Below are positions 38,901 through 47,904 of a stretch of DNA of 63,723 nucleotides, one piece after another. The translations under genes and the position numbers were made by a program. Location of the stretch: NCBI GenBank assembly GCA_012517605.1, contig JAAYUS010000132.1:1-63723 (forward strand), given 5' to 3'. Positions within the stretch are counted from its first letter, which is position 1, and every line of letters begins with the position of its first letter. Origin of the DNA: Bacteroidales bacterium. GTDB lineage: Bacteria; Bacteroidota; Bacteroidia; Bacteroidales; VadinHA17. A model generated the notes under the pieces. That model was not told where the DNA came from and ran no database searches. It worked only from the letters and a program-made list of their open reading frames with translations.

Positions 38901-40745
38901 ATGGAGATAACAAGAACATTCGACATCATTGACCTTAACGTTGAGAAATATCCGCGCAAGGACATGTACGCGGGAAAACAGGATAAGGAATGGATCACAT
39001 GGTCGACGGAAGAGATAAGTGAGTACATCAGCCTGATAAGTTATGGCCTTCTGTCAATGGGATATAAAAAGGGCGACAAAATCGCAACAATTTCTCCAAA
39101 TAAGCCTGAATGGAATATTGCCGACATGGCTCTGGCCCAGGCAGGGATAATTCATGTCCCCATATATCCGACCATAGGTACGGATGAATATGAATTTATA
39201 CTTGAACATTCAGAAGTAAAGGCAATAATAGTAGGGAATAAATCTATATATAACAAGGTAAGCCCTATTGCAGGAAAAATAAGTACCCTCAGGGAAATCT
39301 TCTCATTTGATCCTGTGGATGGACTGAGGCAGTTCAGCGAAATTAAGGAAGAAGGAAAGAAATCGGGACCGGAAACAAGGGATGAACTTGAAAGAATAAA
39401 GAAAAGCATTCTTCCCGAAGATATTGTGACCATTATATACACATCAGGAACCACAGGGACCTCCAAAGGGGTGATGCTTACCCACAGGAATCTTGTAACA
39501 AATGCAATTACAACTTCGAAAGCACATCACCTCGGATACGGAAACAGAGCGATGAGCTTTCTCCCATTATGCCATGTATATGAAAGGATGGTCAACTATC
39601 ATTTCCAGTACAAAGGCATAAGCATCTATTACGTTGAGAACATGGGCACTGTTTCTGAGGCTGTTAAGGAAGTAAAACCCCATATTTTCAACACTGTGCC
39701 CCGCCTCCTGGAAAAAATTTATGATAACATAATCAGTAAAGGCAGGAACCTTTCTCCTTTGAAAAGGGCCATTTTTTTCTGGGCTGTCAACCTGGGACTT
39801 AAATTCAGGCTTGAAGGCAATTCTTCATTTTATAAATTCAGGCTCAGGATTGCAAGGAAGCTTATTTTCAGCAAATGGCAGGAAGCGCTCGGCGGCGAGC
39901 TTCAGGTAATGGTATCGGGCGGAGCTGCTCTGCAGTCGAGGCTCGAAAAGATATTCTGGGCTGCCGGTCTTCCTGTTATTCAGGGCTACGGTCTCACCGA
40001 GACATCGCCGGTTATTGCAGTAAACCCTTTCAGGCTTGGCGAGATCCGGTTCGGAACTGTTGGCCCGGTCATAGAAGGATGTGAAGTGAAAATTGCAGAT
40101 GACGGTGAGATATTATGCCGTGGTGTTAATGTAATGGCTGGGTATTACAAGGCTCCTGAGCTTACTGCCGAGGCTATCGACAGCGAGGGATGGTTCCATA
40201 CAGGCGACATTGGGATCTTTGAGGAGGGAAAATTCCTAAGGATTACAGACAGGAAAAAAGAGATATTCAAGCTGTCGGCAGGCAAATACATTGCTCCCCA
40301 GGTAATCGAGAACAAGCTTAAGGAATCATTCTTTATCGAGCAGGCTATGGTGATCGGGGAAAATGAAAAATTTGCCAGCGCCCTCATTTCGCCCAACTTC
40401 GGATTCCTGCACGACTGGTGCTCGAAACATAAGATACAATTCCGCGATAACAGCGAACTCATTGAGCTTCCCGATGTCATTGAACAATTCAGCCGGGAGG
40501 TAAAGGAGGTTAACAAATCACTGGGCGAGCATGAGCAGATAAAAAGATTCAGACTTGTAACTGAAGAATGGACCCCTCAGTCGGGAGAACTGTCCCCTAC
40601 CCTTAAGCTTAAAAGGAACCTTATCGCTGAGCATTATAAGGACATCATTGCCGAGATATACTTTTCGGGTGAAAAGGATAATAATGTTCTTTCCAAATTA
40701 AAGAACGGTATCAACGGAATACTGAAAAACCTTCCAAAATTCTGA
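38901..40745 (+). CDS. Long-chain fatty acid--CoA ligase (AMP-dependent synthetase)
   Basis: AMP-binding box YTSGTTGTSKGV, then GYGLTET, and TGD...D....RKKE.FKL..GKY. 614 aa. Confidence 0.85.
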   Translation: MEITRTFDIIDLNVEKYPRKDMYAGKQDKEWITWSTEEISEYISLISYGLLSMGYKKGDKIATISPNKPEWNIADMALAQAGIIHVPIYPTIGTDEYEFILEHSEVKAIIVGNKSIYNKVSPIAGKISTLREIFSFDPVDGLRQFSEIKEEGKKSGPETRDELERIKKSILPEDIVTIIYTSGTTGTSKGVMLTHRNLVTNAITTSKAHHLGYGNRAMSFLPLCHVYERMVNYHFQYKGISIYYVENMGTVSEAVKEVKPHIFNTVPRLLEKIYDNIISKGRNLSPLKRAIFFWAVNLGLKFRLEGNSSFYKFRLRIARKLIFSKWQEALGGELQVMVSGGAALQSRLEKIFWAAGLPVIQGYGLTETSPVIAVNPFRLGEIRFGTVGPVIEGCEVKIADDGEILCRGVNVMAGYYKAPELTAEAIDSEGWFHTGDIGIFEEGKFLRITDRKKEIFKLSAGKYIAPQVIENKLKESFFIEQAMVIGENEKFASALISPNFGFLHDWCSKHKIQFRDNSELIELPDVIEQFSREVKEVNKSLGEHEQIKRFRLVTEEWTPQSGELSPTLKLKRNLIAEHYKDIIAEIYFSGEKDNNVLSKLKNGINGILKNLPKF

Positions 40746-40825
40746 CAACACAGAACATGCTGTTTTTTTAAGCCGCTTCTCATCCATCGGTTATATTTTT
40801 GTATTTTTGGTGCTTTCAAATTCTC

Positions 40826-41293
40826 ATGAAGAAAGCTTTCATCTTTATTATGGCATTTTCCGTATTGGCGATGATTATCAGCATCTCATCATGTTCACCT
40901 GATGCATGCTTTGAAGAGACAAATGCCTTCCTGAAAGCTTCCTTCTATCTCGACCAGACAAAAAAATTAAAGGCTCCCGACAGCCTTACACTCTATGGTC
41001 TTAATGCCGTTGGCGGCAGAATTTATAACAAGGCTGCAAAAATACAACCTGCCCTTTTCCCTCTGAATCCGTCAGCCGACACAAGCTCCTTTGTAATTAA
41101 GATCAATGGGGTTTCCGACACAATAAAGTTCATTTACCGTTCATACCCGCATCTTATCTCAAAAGAGTGCGGTTATACATTTTTCCATGATCTCGATACC
41201 ATATTCTATTCCAAAAACATTATCGACTATATCTTCAGAGGCAACAACAGCATAACAACAAAAAATGAGGAAAACATTCGCATATTTTATTAA
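40826..41293 (+). CDS. Hypothetical small lipoprotein
   Basis: MKKAFIFIMAFSVLAMIISISSC lipobox. No recognisable family. The ORF-track start at 40799 is TTG. Confidence 0.55.
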   Translation: MKKAFIFIMAFSVLAMIISISSCSPDACFEETNAFLKASFYLDQTKKLKAPDSLTLYGLNAVGGRIYNKAAKIQPALFPLNPSADTSSFVIKINGVSDTIKFIYRSYPHLISKECGYTFFHDLDTIFYSKNIIDYIFRGNNSITTKNEENIRIFY

Positions 41294-42011
41294 CTTTTTC
41301 CTTTTGCTCATGCCTGTGTCATCCATGGCACAGGACACAGTGTCATTTCCTCTGAAAATAAGGATCGGGGCAGATATTGCGGGGCCGGGCTTCTATATGT
41401 CCGACAAAAACAATCTAAGCATCGAAGGTTGTGTTTCATTCGACCGAAGTGAGAAAATGGCATGGGTGGCTGAAGCAGGATACCTCGACTATAAATACTC
41501 CCAGTATAATTACAACTACCTGAGCAAAGGCTGGTTTACCCGTATCGGGGTTGACTTCAACCTCCTTAAACCTGATATTTCGGCAGGGAAATACCAGGCA
41601 GGGATAGGACTCAGATACGGCGTCAGCCTGTTCAGCTCCGAAACCCCGTCTTTCAGGCACGATAATTACTGGGGTACCACTACTTCATCAATACCTTCCA
41701 GAACAAGAATGGGCCATTTCGTTGAAGTTACGCCGGGTGTGAGGGCCGAGATATTCAAAAACTTCAGCATGGGATGGAACCTGCGGCTTAAAATGCTTGT
41801 CTCAGGAGGTGGCGGAAAAGATCTGCGGCCGATATATTTCCCGGGATACGGCAGCGGAGGAAAACGGACTGCCGCCGGTATCAGTTATTACATCACATGG
41901 AATATCCCGTACAGGGTCAAAACCGTTATAACAAAGCCTGATGCGCCGGAGGAACCCGAAGATAATGAGGAACCTGCAGTCAACAGCAATCAGCAGAGGT
42001 CTGTTTTCTGA
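41265..42011 (+). CDS. Hypothetical secreted protein, possibly an outer-membrane beta-barrel, with an acidic C-terminal tail
   Basis: Signal peptide ...SSMAQD. Alternating hydrophobic pattern rich in G/Y. Overlaps the upstream lipoprotein gene by 29 nt. Confidence 0.5.
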   Translation: MRKTFAYFINFFLLLMPVSSMAQDTVSFPLKIRIGADIAGPGFYMSDKNNLSIEGCVSFDRSEKMAWVAEAGYLDYKYSQYNYNYLSKGWFTRIGVDFNLLKPDISAGKYQAGIGLRYGVSLFSSETPSFRHDNYWGTTTSSIPSRTRMGHFVEVTPGVRAEIFKNFSMGWNLRLKMLVSGGGGKDLRPIYFPGYGSGGKRTAAGISYYITWNIPYRVKTVITKPDAPEEPEDNEEPAVNSNQQRSVF

Positions 42012-42016
42012 CTATT

Positions 42017-43468
42017 TTATTTTACAGCCTTGTGGCTGAATAACCATAAACCGGCAAATGTGAGAAATCCGTTCAGGAGAAGAAGTTCGAATCCGAATTT
42101 ATAACCGTTGAACAACTCGACTGAATAACTGCTAAGGATATAGCAAACTACAGGGGAAATAATTGCAATATAAGGTGTTATCCCATCCCTCACTTTTCGC
42201 TTTGTAAAAAGGCCGAATGTAAATAAACCCAGCAAAGGTCCGTATGTATAACCGGCTATCGTAAAGAGCTTGTCAATAATTGCCCTGTCGTTCAGAGCCC
42301 TGAAAATCAGAATGCAGATAAAAAATATAACAGCTATTGAAATGTGAACTATATATCTTGTCTTCGTCTTTGCATGCTCTGCCATCTCCTCACGTTTCTC
42401 AAGACCAAGAAAATCTATGCTCACCGACGTCGTTAGCGAAGTCAGGGCGCCATCGGCACTCGGAAATGCTGCTGAAATTAGCCCGATAAGAAATACAACC
42501 CCGGCAACCGGACCAAGATAATTGAAAGCTATCGTCGGGAAAAGATCGTCAGTCATGGCAACCGAAACATTCTTTGTCTGGGCATAAATAAGCAGGAACG
42601 CTCCAAGCACAAGAAAAAGAAAATTCACAAGCACAACAATGCCGCTGAAAGTGAACATATTCTTCTGCGCCTCCCTGAGATTGCGGCAGCTAAGATTCTT
42701 TTGCATCATCTCCTGGTCGAGACCTGTCATCGAAATTGTTATGAACATCCCGCTTAGAAACTGCTTGAGAAAATGCCTCTCATTATGCCAGTCGGTAATG
42801 AACATCCTTGAAACCGAGCTGTCAAGAACCTCGCCGGCCAGTTTGAATACCGGAGAGCCGAGTTCCCTGCTTATGTAAATTACGGACAGGATTACAGCCA
42901 GAAGCATGAATGTCGTTTGCAGGGTATCAGTCCATACAATGGTCCTGATGCCTCCCTTTAAAGTGTAAATAATAATTAACGAAATAAAAATCAGCACATT
43001 GACCCAGAAAGGCACATTCCAGGCGTCAAAAACGAAAATCTGCAGGACATTTATTACAAGGAACATACGCAATGATGCACCCAGGATCCGTGAAAGGATA
43101 AAAAATCCTGCCCCGGTCTTGTATGACCAGAATCCGAAGCGCTGTTCGAGATATGTATATATCGATGTAAGCTTAAGCCGGTAGTAAAGAGGTAATAAAA
43201 CAGTTGCAATTACCATGTATCCGAAAAGATAGCCAAATACCACAACCATATAGCTGAATTGTGTCTCTTTAACCCAGCCCGGGACCGACATGAATGTTAC
43301 TCCCGAAAGAGAAGCGCCGATCATGCCGTAGGCCACTACAAACCAGGGAGAAACCCTGTTGCCGATATAAAATGACTGGTTGTTGGCTTTTCGGGCTGTG
43401 AACCATGTAACAGCAAAAAGAAGAACAGTGTAGGTAAAAAAGATACCCAGTATCAATGTTGGTGTCAT
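42017..43468 (-). CDS. Sodium:solute symporter (SSS) family transporter
   Basis: ~13 TM helices. Overall SSS-like layout (..GNRVSPW.., ..GGIRTIVWTD..). Substrate not inferable. Confidence 0.8.
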   Translation of the reverse strand: MTPTLILGIFFTYTVLLFAVTWFTARKANNQSFYIGNRVSPWFVVAYGMIGASLSGVTFMSVPGWVKETQFSYMVVVFGYLFGYMVIATVLLPLYYRLKLTSIYTYLEQRFGFWSYKTGAGFFILSRILGASLRMFLVINVLQIFVFDAWNVPFWVNVLIFISLIIIYTLKGGIRTIVWTDTLQTTFMLLAVILSVIYISRELGSPVFKLAGEVLDSSVSRMFITDWHNERHFLKQFLSGMFITISMTGLDQEMMQKNLSCRNLREAQKNMFTFSGIVVLVNFLFLVLGAFLLIYAQTKNVSVAMTDDLFPTIAFNYLGPVAGVVFLIGLISAAFPSADGALTSLTTSVSIDFLGLEKREEMAEHAKTKTRYIVHISIAVIFFICILIFRALNDRAIIDKLFTIAGYTYGPLLGLFTFGLFTKRKVRDGITPYIAIISPVVCYILSSYSVELFNGYKFGFELLLLNGFLTFAGLWLFSHKAVK

Positions 43469-43575
43469 CGGATTTTGAAATTGATCTGCATAGATAGCAA
43501 AAAGTCGTCAGGGTAAAAAATTCCTTCAAGGATTTAGTGACGAAAATATTAATGAACTAATTTTGCCTAAAATCA

Positions 43576-44196
43576 ATGATGATGAGTTCTCCCGGATTTC
43601 CTTCAAAACTTCTTGAAAATGCAGTAAACGAATTTGCATCCCTTCCGGGAATCGGAAGGAAGACAGCATTCAGGCTTGTTATGAACCTGCTGAAAAGGGA
43701 TTCAGGGGAAGTTGAACGGTTCGGCGAAAGTATCATCAGGCTTCACAGAGAGATACATTACTGCAAAATATGCCACAGCATTTCTGATAACGAGATCTGT
43801 TCGATATGCAGTGATGACAAAAGGGACAGGTCAATCATATGCGTTGTTGAGAACATCCAGGATGTGATGGCTATTGAGAACACCGGTCAGTTCAGGGGGA
43901 TTTACCATGTACTCGGAGGTATTATCTCTCCGGTAGACGGAATCGGTCCTGCTGATCTGAAGATCGATTCGCTGGAGGAGAAAGTAGGAGGAGGAGGAAT
44001 TTCTGAGGTCATCCTTGCCCTGAGCACCACTATGGAAGGAGACACCACAAACTTTTACATCTCAAGACGGCTCGCGAAATTTGATGTCCTCCTTACAACT
44101 CTGGCCCGCGGAGTTGCTGTCGGTGACGAACTTGAATATACTGATGAAATTACTCTGGGCAGGGCTATAAGCAACAGAAGCCCTTATCACAAGTAG
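43576..44196 (+). CDS. recR: Recombination protein RecR
   Basis: Hh[14 protein letters not shown]4 zinc finger [16 protein letters not shown]. Toprim VVE...D..A.E. Confidence 0.9.
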   Translation: MMMSSPGFPSKLLENAVNEFASLPGIGRKTAFRLVMNLLKRDSGEVERFGESIIRLHREIHYCKICHSISDNEICSICSDDKRDRSIICVVENIQDVMAIENTGQFRGIYHVLGGIISPVDGIGPADLKIDSLEEKVGGGGISEVILALSTTMEGDTTNFYISRRLAKFDVLLTTLARGVAVGDELEYTDEITLGRAISNRSPYHK

Positions 44197-44248
44197 GATT
44201 CTTTTAAACATAAACTGCTCCTGTTTGTTATTGTAGAAAAAAGATTAC

Positions 44249-45538
44249 ATGGCAAGAATGAACATAGTACTTCCCGCAATGGGAGAAGGAGTGATAGAGG
44301 CAACGATCAATAAATGGCTTGTTAAGTCAGGTTCAAATGTAAATGAGGATGAACCCCTTGTGGAAGTTGCCACTGACAAGGTCGATTCAGAAATACCTGC
44401 TCCCTCGGGAGGAACACTAGTTGAAATCAAGGCAGCGGAAGGCTCTGTTGTAAAAGTCGGGGAAATAATTGCTGTTCTTGAAGACAACAAGGAAAAACAA
44501 CCGGAAGAGATACAAAAAATAGAGAAGGAAGTCGAAAGGATAAGGGAAACAATTAATTCGGTACGTGAAGAAAAGAAGGAAGAGACTCTTGTTTCACGTG
44601 ATATGAAAAGCAGAACGCAGTCGGGAAAATTTCTTACACCCCTTGTCCGCAGCATAGCTGCCAGAGAAGGAATAAGCTATGATGAACTCGACAGGATCAA
44701 TGGCTCCGGTATGGACGGAAGGATTACACGGGATGATGTTCTGAGGTTCCTGGAAGAACGTAAAACGGTCAAACCTCCGATTCAGAAGCCTGCTGAAACC
44801 GTTACCCGGACTGTTCCTGCAGAACCGCAGGCCGGTGACGAAATCATTGAGATGGACAGGGTGAGGAAACTTATTGCCGACCATATGGTAATGTCAAAAA
44901 GGACTTCCCCGCATGTCACTTCATTTATTGATGCAGATGTTACAAGGGTTGTAAACTGGAGGAACAGCGTGAAGGACAAATTTCTTGCAGCCCAGGGACA
45001 GAAACTGACTCTGACCCCGATTTTCATAGATGCAGCAGCAAGGGCCCTTCAGGATTTTCCCATGATCAACATTTCAGTCGACGGAAACAACATCATCAAA
45101 AAGAAGAATATCAATATAGGGATGGCTACTGCCCTCCCCGACGGCAACCTCATCGTTCCTGTCATTAAAAACGCAAATGAAAAGAACCTTACGGGTATTG
45201 CCATATCTGTCAATGATCTTGCCGAAAGAGCCAGGGCTAACCGGCTTAGGCCCGATGAGATTACAGGAGGTACATTCACCATAACAAATTTCGGAAGCTA
45301 TAACAACCTTTCCGGAACACCGATCATAAACCAGCCCCAGGTTGCGATCCTCGGCATCGGAGCTGTCAGGAAAATGCCTGCAGTGGTCGAAACACCCGAT
45401 GGCGATGTGATTGCAATAAGGCAGATAATGATACTGTCGCTCAGCTATGATCACAGGGTTATCGACGGTGCTCTGGCTGGCAAATTCCTCAACAGGATCA
45501 AGGATATACTCGAGAATTACACCGATTCGCTGATTTAG
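44249..45538 (+). CDS. 2-oxoacid dehydrogenase E2 component (dihydrolipoamide acyltransferase)
   Basis: Lipoyl domain (EVATDKVDSEIPAP). E3/E1-binding domain (TPLVRSIAAREGI). Catalytic SYDHRVIDGA. No E1 or E3 gene adjacent. Confidence 0.9.
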   Translation: MARMNIVLPAMGEGVIEATINKWLVKSGSNVNEDEPLVEVATDKVDSEIPAPSGGTLVEIKAAEGSVVKVGEIIAVLEDNKEKQPEEIQKIEKEVERIRETINSVREEKKEETLVSRDMKSRTQSGKFLTPLVRSIAAREGISYDELDRINGSGMDGRITRDDVLRFLEERKTVKPPIQKPAETVTRTVPAEPQAGDEIIEMDRVRKLIADHMVMSKRTSPHVTSFIDADVTRVVNWRNSVKDKFLAAQGQKLTLTPIFIDAAARALQDFPMINISVDGNNIIKKKNINIGMATALPDGNLIVPVIKNANEKNLTGIAISVNDLAERARANRLRPDEITGGTFTITNFGSYNNLSGTPIINQPQVAILGIGAVRKMPAVVETPDGDVIAIRQIMILSLSYDHRVIDGALAGKFLNRIKDILENYTDSLI

Positions 45539-45636
45539 TTTAAGGGAGCCATAAACATGCTCCGTGAATTCCATTACTTTTGATAAAATTATAACCGTCC
45601 CTGACGATTATATCTAAAATTGTTATATTTGTTATA

Positions 45637-47823
45637 ATGATTGTAGTCAGGGAGAAAATATTTAGCCTGTCATCATGGCTAATTATTTTTGTTTTGTTGC
45701 CTTTTACTGCATACGGCCAGCAAAAGATACAGAACAGGAAAATCTTTGCAGAAGCTGAATCACATTACCTCTTCTTTGAATATGAGCTGGCAAACCCTTT
45801 GTACCTGCTTCTTGACAAACCCGACAACTATAATATCCAGTATAAGATCGGAACCAGCTACCTGAATATCCCGGGAGAAAAAGACAGGGCAATTCCTTAT
45901 CTCGAATCGGCAGTAAACCACTCGAGCTACGGAGCCAAAATCAACAGTTTCTCCGAAAAAAGGGCACCCCTTGATGCCTGGTTTTTCCTCGGGAAAGCCT
46001 ATATGATAAATAATGAACTCGAAAAAGCATTAAGTACCCTGAACACCTTCAAGAAGCTGGCCCTTGAGACTGAGAAAAAAGGGGGCATGAAAAACTTTTC
46101 GTACATCGATCAGCAGATTGAGGCCTGCAACAACGCCATGAACAGCCAGGAGAATCCGTTCAGGATCAGCAAAGTCCTTCTCAGCAAACAGTTCAGCCAG
46201 GGATCTGTAAATGAAAATCCTGCGGTCAGCTTTGACGGAAATACGATAGTATATACCGAAAGAAGAGGAATCATCAATGCAATAATGTTCTCAAGAAAGA
46301 TAAGAGGCGTATGGCAGGATCCCGTCGAGATAAATTCACAGCTGAAATGCGGTGATGATTGCTCTTCCTGTTCCCTTAATTACGACGGAACCATGCTCTT
46401 CCTATATAAGACCGACAATTTTGACGGCAATATTTACTCATCTGAATACATCAATGGCGCCTGGACACCTATAACAAAGCTTAACAGGAATATTAACACA
46501 AAATTCTATGAGTCACATGCTGCAATATCGCCCGACGGTAAAAAACTGTATTTCACAAGCAACAGGGATGGCGGCATGGGAGGACTCGATATTTACCTTT
46601 CGGAAAAAGATGCCACCGGCGACTGGGGAGTACCGATCAATCTTGGAGAGAGTGTAAATACCATCTTTAATGAAGACACTCCGTTTGTTACGATAAACGA
46701 TTCATTGCTATACTTCAGTTCTGAAGGACACAGCGGAATGGGGGGCTATGACATTTACAGGAGCCGCGGATCAGGTTCTCAGTGGAAATTACCGGAGAAC
46801 ATGGGTTTCCCGATAAACTCGACCGATGATGACAGGTTTTTCCAGCCATTCAATAATGACAGGAACGGATTCTATTCCATAACAACCGAGTACAAGAAAA
46901 AGGAGATTTTTTATATCACCCTTTCAAACGAGGACCTTAACAGGATCTTTGAGATATCCGGCAATTACAGCCTGAAGGATACTGTGATGCAGTTCGATGA
47001 AAGCAATGCAATCTACCTGACCGACAAGACATCGGGAGATACGCTGGAGACAGTTTACCCCGACAGGTTCACGGGCAAATACAACTTCATAGTATCACCC
47101 GGAAGGTTCAGGATCATTTATACAGGTCCTCAGGGATATTATCCCCAGTATGCAGACACAACTGTGCTTGCCGACAATCCTTCCAGGGTTATAAGCATGA
47201 GGGATGTAGTACTTGATAAAAATCCGCCGGCCGGACAAAAGCTGGATCTATCAAAAATACCGGCAGTGAAGGAAATTGATCCCCGGATTCTGGTCAGGGA
47301 TCTTGCAGTATCCGATGTTTCTGACAATGATTCACAGGATACTTCAATCCTGTATTATACCGTTCAGGTTATGGCGCTCTACAATCCCGTTGACATAAGC
47401 TACTTCAGATATGTTTCGGATATAAGGGTATTCTATAATGAAGCGGATTACTTTTACAGGTATACCACCGGCATATTTGCAAATAAAGACGATGCCTATG
47501 CCCACAGGGATGATCTTATCCGAAAGGGCTATCCCGATGACCTGTTCATTAAAAAGGTCACAAAAAGATCAGGCGAAAAACCTGTGGAAAGCCGGAAATA
47601 CTTTACTATCCAACTTAAAGCAACAAAGACACCTGTGGATATCAACCTGACATTCCCCGGATTGAGTGGTGTGAAGGAGACAAAGGAGATTGACGGGATG
47701 TACCATTATCTGTATGGCAGGTATTCCACATCCGAAGAAGCGAAGACTGTATTGCAGAGGGATCAGTTCAGGCGATTCAGTGATGCATTCGTCAAAGAGA
47801 TCGGAATCCTGATGAATAATTAG
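45637..47823 (+). CDS. Secreted TPR + TolB-like PD40 beta-propeller protein with two C-terminal SPOR-like modules
   Basis: Signal peptide. TPR-like N-terminus. PD40 repeats (SPDGKKLYFTSNRDGGMGGLDIY, YFSSEGHSGMGGYDIY). The C-terminus has YTVQVMAL... and YFTIQLKATKTP... modules. Confidence 0.7.
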   Translation: MIVVREKIFSLSSWLIIFVLLPFTAYGQQKIQNRKIFAEAESHYLFFEYELANPLYLLLDKPDNYNIQYKIGTSYLNIPGEKDRAIPYLESAVNHSSYGAKINSFSEKRAPLDAWFFLGKAYMINNELEKALSTLNTFKKLALETEKKGGMKNFSYIDQQIEACNNAMNSQENPFRISKVLLSKQFSQGSVNENPAVSFDGNTIVYTERRGIINAIMFSRKIRGVWQDPVEINSQLKCGDDCSSCSLNYDGTMLFLYKTDNFDGNIYSSEYINGAWTPITKLNRNINTKFYESHAAISPDGKKLYFTSNRDGGMGGLDIYLSEKDATGDWGVPINLGESVNTIFNEDTPFVTINDSLLYFSSEGHSGMGGYDIYRSRGSGSQWKLPENMGFPINSTDDDRFFQPFNNDRNGFYSITTEYKKKEIFYITLSNEDLNRIFEISGNYSLKDTVMQFDESNAIYLTDKTSGDTLETVYPDRFTGKYNFIVSPGRFRIIYTGPQGYYPQYADTTVLADNPSRVISMRDVVLDKNPPAGQKLDLSKIPAVKEIDPRILVRDLAVSDVSDNDSQDTSILYYTVQVMALYNPVDISYFRYVSDIRVFYNEADYFYRYTTGIFANKDDAYAHRDDLIRKGYPDDLFIKKVTKRSGEKPVESRKYFTIQLKATKTPVDINLTFPGLSGVKETKEIDGMYHYLYGRYSTSEEAKTVLQRDQFRRFSDAFVKEIGILMNN

Positions 47824-47904
47824 CTGTTTATGTAGTTTGTATAACAATCAACAAAACCAGTCCAGAAATTCTAAAATTACTGTCACCCATAACCTACCGG
47901 AAAA

